Below, piece after piece: positions 1-10,290 of a DNA stretch of 64,000 nt (positions are counted from its first letter, which is position 1; every line of letters starts with the position of its first letter). Below the pieces are notes generated by a model. That model ran no database searches. It saw nothing but the letters and a program-made list of their open reading frames with translations, and was not told where the DNA came from. The stretch lies in NCBI GenBank assembly GCA_950097015.1, contig CATNEN010000025.1:9362001-9426000 (forward strand), in the 5' to 3' direction. Both the position numbers and the translations under genes were made by a program. The stretch is from Macrostomum hystrix. Taxonomy: Eukaryota > Animalia > Platyhelminthes.

Positions 1-370
1 CTCGCTTTCGTATCTTTCCATTCACAATTGCTTCCTGACCTTTCTTGACCGGCTCTGGGATTCTGATCGTCTCAATGGGTGACTCACTTTTAATTTCTTT
101 GCTAGCGGCTTTCTGACTTGTTTCACATGGTGTAACTGGTGCTTTTGCATGTGCTTGCATTTTTGCAGTGCTGGGTGCATACGCATGGTGCTGTCTCATT
201 TCTCGCGGCTGATTAAACTTGTTGAAATAATAATTATTTTTCTTGTAAGCAAAACGTTGGTTATCAATTTTATACGCACTATTTACAAACTCTGAGGCCT
301 GGAATTTGTTAAAGGATTTTCCGGAGGAACGGGGCCTCGACTTACGTCCCTCGTATTTTAGTTTCCCTGG
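1..370 (-). CDS. pol: 5' start of retrotransposon pol in the -1 frame relative to gag, running off the window edge
   Basis: By hand translation the -1 frame is open from 370 to position 1 (123 codons, PGKLKYEGRK...EAIVNGKIRKR). The ending IVNGKI resembles the first strand of a retropepsin. The catalytic D-T/S-G would lie outside the window. Confidence 0.7.
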
Positions 371-1266
371 TTCTGGAAGTTCTGCTGACCGTTGCCCATC
401 CTCATAGGACAGAATCTGGCAATATGGCCGAGTTTTCCGCAGTTGAAGCAGGTTCGGTTCTGGTTCAAGAATTGCGGCCCATTGTACTGCGTATTCTGCT
501 GTTGCAGGAACTTAGGTACATATGGCTTCCTTGGTACGTACTGTTTCTCAGCCATTTTGCTGGTGAGCTCCTGCAAGAGTTTCTGCTGTCTTTCAATTTC
601 TTCCTTCTGCTTCACAATTGTTGCCCTTAGAGACTCCTCTTCCTCTTCACCATTTCTGGTAATCCTTACTCCGGCACCTTTGTGTGTCATGCTCCAGGCG
701 GCTTCCAACCTTCTAAGCATTCTCTTTAGTTCCTGTAGATTGGCAGGCTGAGCAAAGATTAGTTTCTCCCTCATGTCAGCGGATATCTTGGCTCCCTTGA
801 TGTATTGCTCAACCAGCTCATCTTCTCGTTGCTCCATTGTCATGTTTGGGAAGGCTCTGGCAGCCAGTTCAATCAGACTATCTGAATAGGCTTCTACCGA
901 TTCATTCTTGCCTTGCATTCTTCCTCGAAACTCTTCTCTGAATTCTGCTGGGCTTCCAGTTCGTCCGAATCTTTCTGCTATCCGCTCCTTGAATTCTTCG
1001 TAGTCAAGGTTTTCTGGGAGGTTCATTCTCTGTACAGAGGCAAATGCTGTGGACAAGTCCAAGTTGGCAAGCAATTCCTGCTTTCGATGGTCCACTTCAA
1101 TTCCTTCTGTCTCGCATCTTTGATCAAATGCGGTGAGCCACACCCGAATATCCTGATTAGGTGTGAACTTTTGGATCTTCACATGGCGTGTTGGAGCAAT
1201 CTCCAACCGATTTCTCAGCTCTTCCGCGAGTACAGCCATCAAATTTTGTGCTTGAGCTTGATCCAT
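358..1266 (-). CDS. gag: Ty3/Gypsy retrotransposon Gag (302 aa) with C-terminal CCHC zinc knuckle
   Basis: Intact ORF. Capsid-like core (WLTAFDQRC..., FRGRMQGKNESVEAY) and CFNCGKLGHIARFC (CX2CX4HX4C). It starts ~45 nt after the PBS. Confidence 0.92.
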   Translation of the reverse strand: MDQAQAQNLMAVLAEELRNRLEIAPTRHVKIQKFTPNQDIRVWLTAFDQRCETEGIEVDHRKQELLANLDLSTAFASVQRMNLPENLDYEEFKERIAERFGRTGSPAEFREEFRGRMQGKNESVEAYSDSLIELAARAFPNMTMEQREDELVEQYIKGAKISADMREKLIFAQPANLQELKRMLRRLEAAWSMTHKGAGVRITRNGEEEEESLRATIVKQKEEIERQQKLLQELTSKMAEKQYVPRKPYVPKFLQQQNTQYNGPQFLNQNRTCFNCGKLGHIARFCPMRMGNGQQNFQNQGN

Positions 1267-1310
1267 TGTTACTCCTCAATGGGGTTATTTCGCTGTTTCT
1301 CTGATCCTTT

Positions 1311-1322
1311 CCGCTGCCACCA
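1311..1322 (-). other. Primer binding site, tRNA-Leu type
   Basis: The minus strand reads TGGTGGCAGCGG, complementary to the 3' end (...CCGCTGCCACCA) of eukaryotic tRNA-Leu(AAG/TAG). It lies 4 nt inside the LTR end (TTACA). Confidence 0.85.
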
Positions 1323-1326
1323 AAGT

Positions 1327-1710
1327 TGTAACAGGGCTTGTCTCTCTACTTTTCTCTCTAATGGTAGCGTATCACTCGGCACGAGCGGTTTAACCTTCTA
1401 AGGCACTGGCTTACTATTCTCCAGTCTTTGCTGGGCGTTTTCTGTGGATCAGAGGGTCACAGCCTCAAATAACCAACTCAACACTTTTCTTCTTCAGTAA
1501 TAGCTTATTTGCTTTTCGCCACACTGGCACGTTGATTTGTCTCAACTGAATTACACTCGTTTATATACACATAAGAAAATGTTTGTTAAAGTAAACGAAT
1601 TTGACAAAATATTTAAAATATATTACATATAAAAAATATTTTGCGCATTCAAACAAAAAGCATAGGCACGAATTTGACTTTAAAGAAATAATAAAAGCAT
1701 CCCTACTACA
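1327..1710 (-). mobile_element. 5' LTR (~384 bp) of the Gypsy element
   Basis: The minus strand begins TGTAGTAGGG (1710) and ends GTTACA (1327) next to the PBS. It contains TATA-like GTATATAAAC (~1565) and AATAAG (~1505). The second LTR and TSD are outside the window. Confidence 0.72.
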
Positions 1711-4439
1711 GTTATTTCATTCAATAATAAGGTTTTTTATCAGCTTATTATATTGATATATAATTATATTTCCACCTTATACCCAAAAATTTCTATTTAC
1801 AAAGTACAATACCATAAAGTTAAACATGTCCTCTTTCTAATTTATGCCAACTTAATTTCTTAAATAAGAAAATAAGAAAGAAATGGTCTATCAATGTTTA
1901 ACAATCTTTTTTGGCTTGTATTGATTCTATAGCTGCTATAGGGTAATATAGTAATAGGCACTAGCTCATACATGCGCAGCACCCGGCCAACACGGCCGAA
2001 CCGGCCAGGTGAAACGAGGGCCAAGCAAGGTAAGTCGCAAAAACCAATCAACTAAGCGCAAAAAAATCAAAGGGGGGACCAAGGGACAAAAAGGAATGCG
2101 TGAGGAAAAGGAAAAAGGGGAGAGAAAAAGAGAGCAAATGAGAGCAAACCAAGTCGTAAATAGAGCAATGAAACAAACGAAGTCGCAAATGAGAGCAAAA
2201 ACTAAGTCGCACGGCCGGCTAAGATTTCAGAGGTTGCACATGTATGCACGAGCTATGTATTACATATTATTTACAATTGCTACTAGCTAGGCTATCAAAC
2301 TCTGATAGCCATGCATGAAAGTCAATTTTTTAACACATTTTTGGATGAATAGAGATGAAAAACTTAGGGATTTGACTAAATCAATGAAGTATGTAGCAAG
2401 GAAGAAAAGTCTAAAGCCAGTGGACAGGTTGCTGACTCTCTATTGTAAGAGGTAAGATGAGCTTGCAAAAAAGTATAGGAACCATTAACAAACTTAGAAA
2501 ATCAGACATAAATGATTGTATTCAGAAAATGGACTACTCAAAAATACCCAGCGGGAAAGCCTACCTCAAATCTAGCTGAATGTAACTCTAGTTTTTAGGA
2601 TAGGCTTGAATTTTCTTTTTAAGTGCACCAAAGATGCTTTTTGCAACAATATCATGCACGAAAAAATAAAAAGAATCGTTAAGTTTCAGAAAAATCGGCC
2701 AAACTAAAGTTCAATTAAAAAATAGGAGGAATATTTCAAGCTATATTCTAGCTTGATAGTGTGTCGTTTTTTTTCGAGAAAAATATATCTTGTTTAAAAA
2801 TATTTCTATAACACAGAATAACAAAACTTTATCTAATGATCTTTTTGTTCTTACGCGAAACAGAGTCTGGGTTGTAAAATAGTAATCTCTTAATTTTTTA
2901 TATAAATAAAAAAAATAAATAGATGTCTTACTATTAGTACAGTACCTTATTTAACTTTTCTTCTGTTCTCGCGCGCCCACTAAATGCAAGCCTACATTTT
3001 TGTAGTATATATTTGACTGGTTCCTATATCTCGATTTTTTAAGTGGAAATTACCAATGTACGGAAATGTTAAAACCTCCGACAGAACGTTTACAACTCTT
3101 ATGTGTTTCTCATTTTGTACTTTTTAATTATTACTTTTTTCGATACAGCAATAATGTACAATATAATGTTGTAGGTAGTGCTAATGTAGCTATTTAGCTG
3201 GTCAATCAAAGCACTTTGCAGAGTTTTTTTAATCAGAATATACATTTCAACTAGCTAAGCTAATATACAAATCAGTTCCCTTAAAAGTATTTCCAGTTAG
3301 TTGTATGATTTTTTATATTTTATTTAAATTAAACTATTTTAAGAAAATTTTAGTAAGAATTGTAGTACGAATTTTAGATATTTAGTTTCATTAATTTTAG
3401 GTCATCAAAGAATACACAAAGTAGAAACTTAAATTTTTTTCTGCATTGATCTCAGGAAGCAATTACTAGAGCAAACAAAAAGCAGTTGTTAATAAAGCTA
3501 TACAACCATTTTCCTGAATTCAAAAGGAAAGAAAAAAATATTTTTGAAATATTAGAAAGTTAAATATACACACTTATTTCGTCAGAAGAGATAACCAGAA
3601 AAATATTTCATTTTTAGCTTAGCTTAATTTTAATAAAATTAATATATCTACAATATACAGTTTTGATAAGGTAGACTTTAAACTATTTGAAATGCTTAGT
3701 TAATTGAGTTGTTTTCATTTATCCATTTCAACCATTACAACAGGCCTAGGATAATAAAAAAATGCAAGTCTTTAATAGTGCTTTTATATTAAAGACCATT
3801 ATTCAAATTCGAATTTATTCAAAATTCCATTATTCACACAGCTGAGTTCCTGAGTAGGCCGAGCCTTTTCGCTAGAAATCATGATGCAATCATTATTGCA
3901 ATTGCCATTCAGTCAGCCAATAATTTTACCTTATTTGGCCTCTCATTAAATGCATTAGGAAAGCTAGTTTTTCGAATATTTAATTCCTTACGAATAAAAG
4001 CAAAAAAAATTTCAAAAATTTCACGGTGTCTTGCGAGTAACATTTGGACTGTTTAAAAAAAACACTATCAATTTTGGTTGAGGCATGCAGCCTGTGGAAC
4101 GACGTTCCACAGACAGACAGACAGACTTTAGAGATTTAGTATAGGTAGATTTAGTATAGAGATTTAGTATGGATAGATGGACTAGCAATTTTAGCCCCCT
4201 CTGGGGAGCAGAAACCGAATTTTGGGATCTATAAATTCCCCTCCTTTTTCAAGTTATGCATAAAGTACGCTAATAAACACATCAAAAATATTTTTATGGT
4301 CTCATTTAGTGACACTAGATCGCAGCCAGCGAGAACCCGCCCGGACTCCATCATTTTTAAGCTATTAGCAGACCCAACTCTTATGTCTTATTATTTTAAG
4401 CTATTATTCAGCCGAATGTTAAAATATATGTTACCCGTA

Positions 4440-4790
4440 GTTGAGACGTACTCTACCCTCGTTTAGACTAGGAAACCATAAGCTAGCTTGAGAAACATTG
4501 CGAGCTGCCAGACAGAAAGTTCCCTATGAGAATAGATTATTTAGTAAGTGCAAAATTAAAGTGGAAAACGAGGTCCAGTTCTTATTCAAGTGCAGTTGGA
4601 ATAGTTATAGCTCATCACGTTCGAATTTCGATAAGGAAATTTCAGGGCGTGAAACTGATAATTTCAAGTCCCTAACAGCAGAAGAAAAATCTAACCACAT
4701 ATTGGCGGCACAAGACGACAGGGAAACCTCTGAAGCACTGGCAAACTACATCGTCAAGAAACATGTAAAATAAGATAACAGCTGCCCTGA
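4440..4790 (+). mobile_element. Degenerate 3' end of a non-LTR retrotransposon (CR1/L2/Crack-like C-terminus)
   Basis: Translation LRLGNHKLA*ET...KVPYENRLFSKCKIKVENEVQFLFKC matches the typical RLCxxC...E(D/N)ExHFLxxC LINE C-terminal motif, with a stop codon and loss of Cys/His residues. Confidence 0.65.
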
Positions 4791-5189
4791 AGCAGCTAAC
4801 ATTTAAATGGCAATCAGGACGATTTATGAATAGTTCTTCTTGTTCTTCGCTGAAATGGGGGCGAACCTTGCTTAAGGGGACATTGGTTCTATTCTTAAGA
4901 GGGGCATTGTTGGTTCTCTGCTATTGGGGGCATTGGTTTTCTGCTAAAGATGAATTATTTCTTACTAGTATCACTTACATTTACTTATTAGAGATTTAGT
5001 AAAGGTGGGTGAATGGATGGATAGGTGGGTTTTTTATTAGTACTACTACTGTTGCGTAGTAGTATCGAAGTAATATCGAAGTAGGCTTACTAGGAGCAAT
5101 ACAAGATGTACTTTTATAAGGCACTAACTTTTGCATCCTAACATCATAAATCTAATTCTTTAACTCTGTTTCAGAACTAAAAGCTTAAC

Positions 5190-7759
5190 ATGACTACAAA
5201 GCTGAGCTCATTACTCGTTATTTCTCTGCTGCTGATCAGTAAGTTAAGTGGCTTGTTCGTAGAGGTTATATAATGATATTGGTTATTAATTATATTCGCT
5301 GATTACAATTGCCCGTTGGGGCTACATGTGCAACACAGCACAGTCGTAGCTATTGCGCGGCTCATCTGAAGGCAGCATGCAGCTGTTCAGTCCATGGACC
5401 GGGGGCCACACCTACCCTCAATTACCAGCTAGTACCCGTTTTACAGCTGGGTGAACTGAAGCAATGCTGAGTGAGTTGTCCTGCTAATGGACACGAATTG
5501 TTCCAGCGAAGTCGGAATCGAACCCCGATAGCTTCAAGTCGATTAGCTTGAGAAAACCACTAGGCTACAAACCCTGATTTAATAGAAATTTATTTGGAAG
5601 GAGTTCTGCTCACATCTGTGCTATTAATTATTTATTAAACATTCTCAGCTACTGCCAGGTCTGAAGATCAGTACTGCCTGCGCACCAGAGGCTTTAACAC
5701 AGTTGCCAATGTCATTAAAGTCTTAATTGGTGATATCAACCCACAGAGGGTGAGTAGTATGTTGCAAACGGCCTTTATCGACCAGAAGATAAGAAATCCT
5801 TAGAACAAAAGATTCCTATGTACTAGAGTACGTAAGCCATGCCTTAAGAATAGCCAAGTAGGCGAGTTTTATTAGCACCCAGTTGGTTCAGATTTGCGCT
5901 TCCAAAGAACAATAGACTGCGCTTCCAAAGGCTGTGTGCCTGTACGTGGACTGAGGAGGCCGCGACTCCCCACAAAAGTTTTTATCTGAGCTAATGCTGG
6001 CAATAGTTATATAGATGGCTAAGTGTGAAGAAAATGCTATTTAAACGACTTGCTCAACCCCCAAGACACATTTAGAGCCTGGATAAAAGAAAGCTGCGTC
6101 TGCTGTTTCAGGTGATGACGTATGTCCGAGATGATCCGGGCTATCCGAAGAACCTGAAGTGCACGTGGACTCTGAAGGCGATCAACTATGACCAGCCCAG
6201 ACAGATGTACATTGACGTGCCCGTGGTGGACTTTGACAACAATACTGACCTGTTTTGCAACAAAACGGACGTGTTCAGATTCTGGCATAAGTACAACGAG
6301 AGTGAGTGGCTTGGCTTAAGACAAAAGTTTCCTCTAAGTTTCCTCTCAACCCTCGACAATTCAACACTCCTATCAAGGAGAAATCATTTATAGTCATTTA
6401 ACTAAAACTCCGAGTCACAGAGTAATTTCGTCGGCTTTCGATGCAAATTAAAACTCTAACGTGGAAGTACAAGCCGGCAATGTGTGACTTTTTATTAAGG
6501 AAAATGTGGTGCTTTAGTTTTGGCTTTACGAGTGTAATTTCGTAACTCTATAAATATTGCGAACATCTCTGTTTAATTCTTATTGAGTATTCACAACAGC
6601 TGCTATCAGCCGACTGCACACATTTCAGCTGATTCGCGGCGGGAGTCCTGGTGCAGTAAATCGTCCGTGTCACGTAGTTTCCAATTCTTGCCGTTCAGAC
6701 GGCAAATATTCAACTTGTGGGACCCGTGAGTAGCACTGCAGCTTCTTACTGAGCTCTCTTATGAGAATGCGAGTTGAGACCCTGCTGCCTCACTTACCAC
6801 TTCACTCTGCAGGTCGTACTACCTGGATGTGATATTCCAGTCTGACAATGAGCAAGTCCGCTCCGATGCCAAGGGATTGCAGATGAATGTGCAGGTACTG
6901 GGCAGAGATTTTTGCCACAGGAACATGCTGTATCTCGATGAATACTGCTACCTGGTCACTCCTGAGAATGTGTCGCCAGCTCAATCCAATCAGGTTGGAA
7001 AACTATTCCTCGGCAACTTTTTCACTGTCCGAAACGCCTCTTCTGGCCGGGATATCTTAAACTTTCTGACCAGATTCTCTGAGAGAAGTACGCATTTCTT
7101 TTTCGAATTTCTGATGAGAGTATTTATGCTCAATTGTGCTCAATATTGTCATCGATTTGAATACCTCTTTGCGCTTCCCTCAGACAAAGCCAGGATAGGC
7201 GAGTATCCTTACGAGTCGCCACTGGCCCTGACTAATCTCAGAGTGTGGACCGGCTACTTTGTGAACGAATCCTCCTTCAGCGAGGAGGACCCGGTCATGT
7301 TTTACTCAGATCCGATAGACGACTGCATTGTCAAGCAAGTGAAAGTGTGAGTGCTGCTTCTCTATCCCGAGTCTAGTCTAAAGGATATTGTAAATATCAT
7401 ATGGTTTAGAATGTCAATCATTCGATTTCAGGACTCGTGAGATTTTGACCGGCTGTAATGAAAACCCTGCAGCGCCTGTAGCCCTTAATTGGCTTAGCAA
7501 CGGCAGCGTGCATTTTTCCTGTGTGTCAGGCAGCGATTCGATGCCAGCTCTGATCCAGTTCAGCCAGATTCCTGAAACCAAGGGTGACCTGCACCCGCAG
7601 CTGTTCCGCACCTGCGACATCGCGCTGCCAACAACGACTACGACTCCGGAACCAACGACAACTACAGCGCCGCCACCAATCAGAGCAGTGCCGTCAGCGG
7701 CAATACTATCATTATTATTGATTTTGTTGTTGCCCTTGTTATCATCATGGCTATTGTGA
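5190..7759 (+). CDS. Secreted, probably GPI-anchored CUB-domain surface protein, ~400 aa, 7 exons
   Basis: Phase-consistent model join(5190..5238,5649..5749,6112..6301,6629..6725,6813..7087,7184..7346,7432..7759) = 1203 nt. It has a signal peptide (MTTKLSSLLVISLLLITTARS) and CUB motifs (PGYPKNLKCTWTL; WCSK; LDVIFQSDN...KGLQMNV). These are followed by a CTL-like CxxxxxxxxxxCY segment, a Thr/Pro stalk and a hydrophobic C-terminus with no cytoplasmic tail. Confidence 0.8.
5300..5570 (-). mobile_element. tRNA-derived SINE, family A copy 1
   Basis: The minus-strand head has A-box-like TAGCCTAGTGG and B-box GGGTTCGATTCC. The core CACCCAGCTGTAAAACGGGTAC resembles CORE/Meta-SINE domains. It shares blocks (CAGTCCATGGAC, AGCTGGGTGAACT) with 18540-18810 and 63710-63985. 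Confidence 0.75.
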
Positions 7760-9029
7760 ATGGTGTCGTTGTCTACTTTTGTCGTCAAAGAGGACAGCAG
7801 CCGCAATCAACTAATGGGTGGTTTGTAATAGCGGGTAGCGATAAGAGGGACGAAAAATGGATGGAGATGAGACAGGGGAGAGATTTGAGTATGTTTAGAT
7901 GAGACAGGGAAGAGATAAGTGATGAGAAGTGATGAGACAAGGTAGAGTTTAGAAGAGAGATAAGAATGGCTAGAGATGGAACAAGGGAGGAGAGAGGTTA
8001 GTAACATGTAAGTGTTTGGTTAGTTTTTAATCTGAATTGCAATAAGTTATATTGCTGATATAATGCATCAATAACTATAAGTAAAAGTAAACTAAGATTT
8101 TTTTAGTTTACGTTTCATTGAGAACTTGACTTGAGTGTATGCAAATAAAAATAAAATACAAATAAAAGTGCAGCTCAAGTTGTGCTGAAGCATGCATTAC
8201 TCAACAACAGTCGAGTAACGGACACAATAAGCTGACAGTGACAAGTGCGCGGCGGGCGGCTGAGAAATTCAATAGAAATTTTGTGTTTTGTGTGAACTTT
8301 TAATTGTCGCCAAATTCAGTGCGGCCAACGTAAGAGAAATTTAATGAAAAAATCGAAATGTTTGAGACAAAAAGTCTTTGCTCGGAAGCGATTGGGTGAT
8401 GATCGACAGTTTGATAAAAGAGCAAATTGTGCAAACCAGTTCTAAGGCAAAATATTTTTTTTAACTCCAACACCCATAGTGTCAATACATGGGCTCGCAA
8501 TATTAGTGTTAAAAGTATGCTATACACATAAAAGTTAATAATGCATCTGAAAGCTGTCAACATGACTTCAACTGAATAAAAGAGAAGACCTTACACAATA
8601 AAGCTGCTGTTAGAATAGTATCTTCGAATTTTCTCGGATATGTTTTAGCGCACTAAAGTTATGCTAGGCAGTTACAGGGCAAATTGGAATAAAAAATGGA
8701 AAGTGGAGGAAAAATAAAAATGTGTTAACATGTAAAGCAAAAAAACTAAGGCTGAAAAAAGCAACAAAAAACGGCGTAGTGTGGAAAAGCTGAAAGTCGC
8801 TCGAGCGATTTTGCCCTAGACAACTCTTTGCTATCTGTCTGCATTCTCCCTACTTGACTCCAAGCGTCGAGTTCCTCCTCATCTTGGAAGCTTCCTGCTC
8901 ATCGGCTTTCTGAGTCCCTCCGCTGACGCCCCTAACGGTTGTGTCGGAAAAAATCCCTTCGCAGAATATCTCCAGCATATTCGCGTAGCAGCTGCGTGTT
9001 TACAGAGAGAGTGAATCAGGATAAAAGTC

Positions 9030-9260
9030 ACCTCACTACACCCCCATTCCCTATCTCACTCCGTTTCAATTCTCAACTCACTACGCACCCAAGCTCACTC
9101 CGTCTTGATTCCCCACCTCATTCTGCCTTGATTCCCCACCTCACTCCGCTCCCATTCCCCACCTCACTCCGCCTCCATTTTCCACTCAACTCCGCCTTGA
9201 TTCCCCACCTCACTTCGCCTCCATTCCCCACCTCACTCCACTTGTATTTCCCATCCTTTC
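9030..9260. repeat. Imperfect C/T-rich minisatellite (ctcactccgc...ttccccac)
   Basis: Degenerate tandem units visible just downstream of the minus-strand stop at 9293. Confidence 0.75.
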
Positions 9261-9292
9261 TCTTCTGAAGGTAAGGAGAAATGCTTCGAAAC

Positions 9293-9640
9293 TCACTGGA
9301 ACTCCAATTCCAACTCGTCGATAATGGAAAAGTCCAAATTCCATTTGGATCTGAGCTTCGCGTCCTCCTTCATCGCCTGCCGATTCATCTTCTCTATGCG
9401 CTTCCTGACCCGTCGCTCCTGCTCGATCTCGGAGGGCAGTCGGGTCGGTGCCACATAGTCGGGATCCGCCGAGCTTGGGCCCGGAGTCGTGTGCAGCAGC
9501 TTGGCCAGCATGGACTTCTTTTTCTTCTTCGGCTTCTTCGAAGGCCCGACGCCCTCTGCCGAGCTGGTCTTCTTGTCGTCTGCGTCAGTCGCCGACGCTG
9601 CCGACGGACCGGCGGTTTCTGATTGGCTGGCGTTGTTCGG
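9293..9640 (-). CDS. Terminal coding exon with poly-Lys NLS and C-terminal KWNLDF motif
   Basis: CAG acceptor at 9641-9643 and a stop at 9293. It encodes PNNASQ...KKPKKKKK...KEDAKLRSKWNLDFSIIDELELEFQ*. GC-rich codon usage; in phase 0 with exon 13757..13957. Confidence 0.75.
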   Translation of the reverse strand, partial: PNNASQSETAGPSAASATDADDKKTSSAEGVGPSKKPKKKKKSMLAKLLHTTPGPSSADPDYVAPTRLPSEIEQERRVRKRIEKMNRQAMKEDAKLRSKWNLDFSIIDELELEFQ

Positions 9641-10290
9641 CTGGTATAAATTTCGGCGGAAAAAATAAAGCGAGTTAAAGTACATTGTAAAATTAGGTCA
9701 AACAATAAAACTTTTTTCACCTCTTGGCACCTGTGCATAACAGGTAAATTACAAAAGTTAAAATGGTTTCCAATAGGTAAAAAATTGATGAAATCGGTAT
9801 CTAACGAGGCATTTCCAGAAGGTGAAACCTAAACAGGTAGACAGGGTAAAACCCTTCCAACAGGTATGCCCATTGTTTCTAACACTATTGAGGAGCCCTT
9901 CCAACAGGTTGAAGATTGAGAAGCGAGCAGTGAATAGACAAAAAATACAACTGTATTACCTCTTGTTATCGCGCAATATCGCAGTTCTAATAAAACCAAA
10001 AGAGCTGCGTGAAAGCGGCATTTTTCGCTCAAAAGAATAAAACTTTGATAGGGCTCCAGAGAGATCGGCGCACTTTTTTCCAGTTGAAGAAATTAAAAAA
10101 GGTGCTAAACTAAAAGGGAGGGGAGGTTGGGTTGTAAATGAGACACCTGAATGCTTATCGGCACTGGCTGGAGAACGAAGGAATGAAAGTTCTGGGCATT
10201 TTGTTCTGTGCAATTAGCGGCCTATATGCTGACTACATGGCTCGTATTACCAAACAGACAGTGAATTTCACGCTTTATTTACACAGAGTA

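Noticed and set aside
2009-2290. 93-aa Lys-rich ORF
   Set aside because: Low-complexity A/G-rich sequence with a non-ATG start and no motif.
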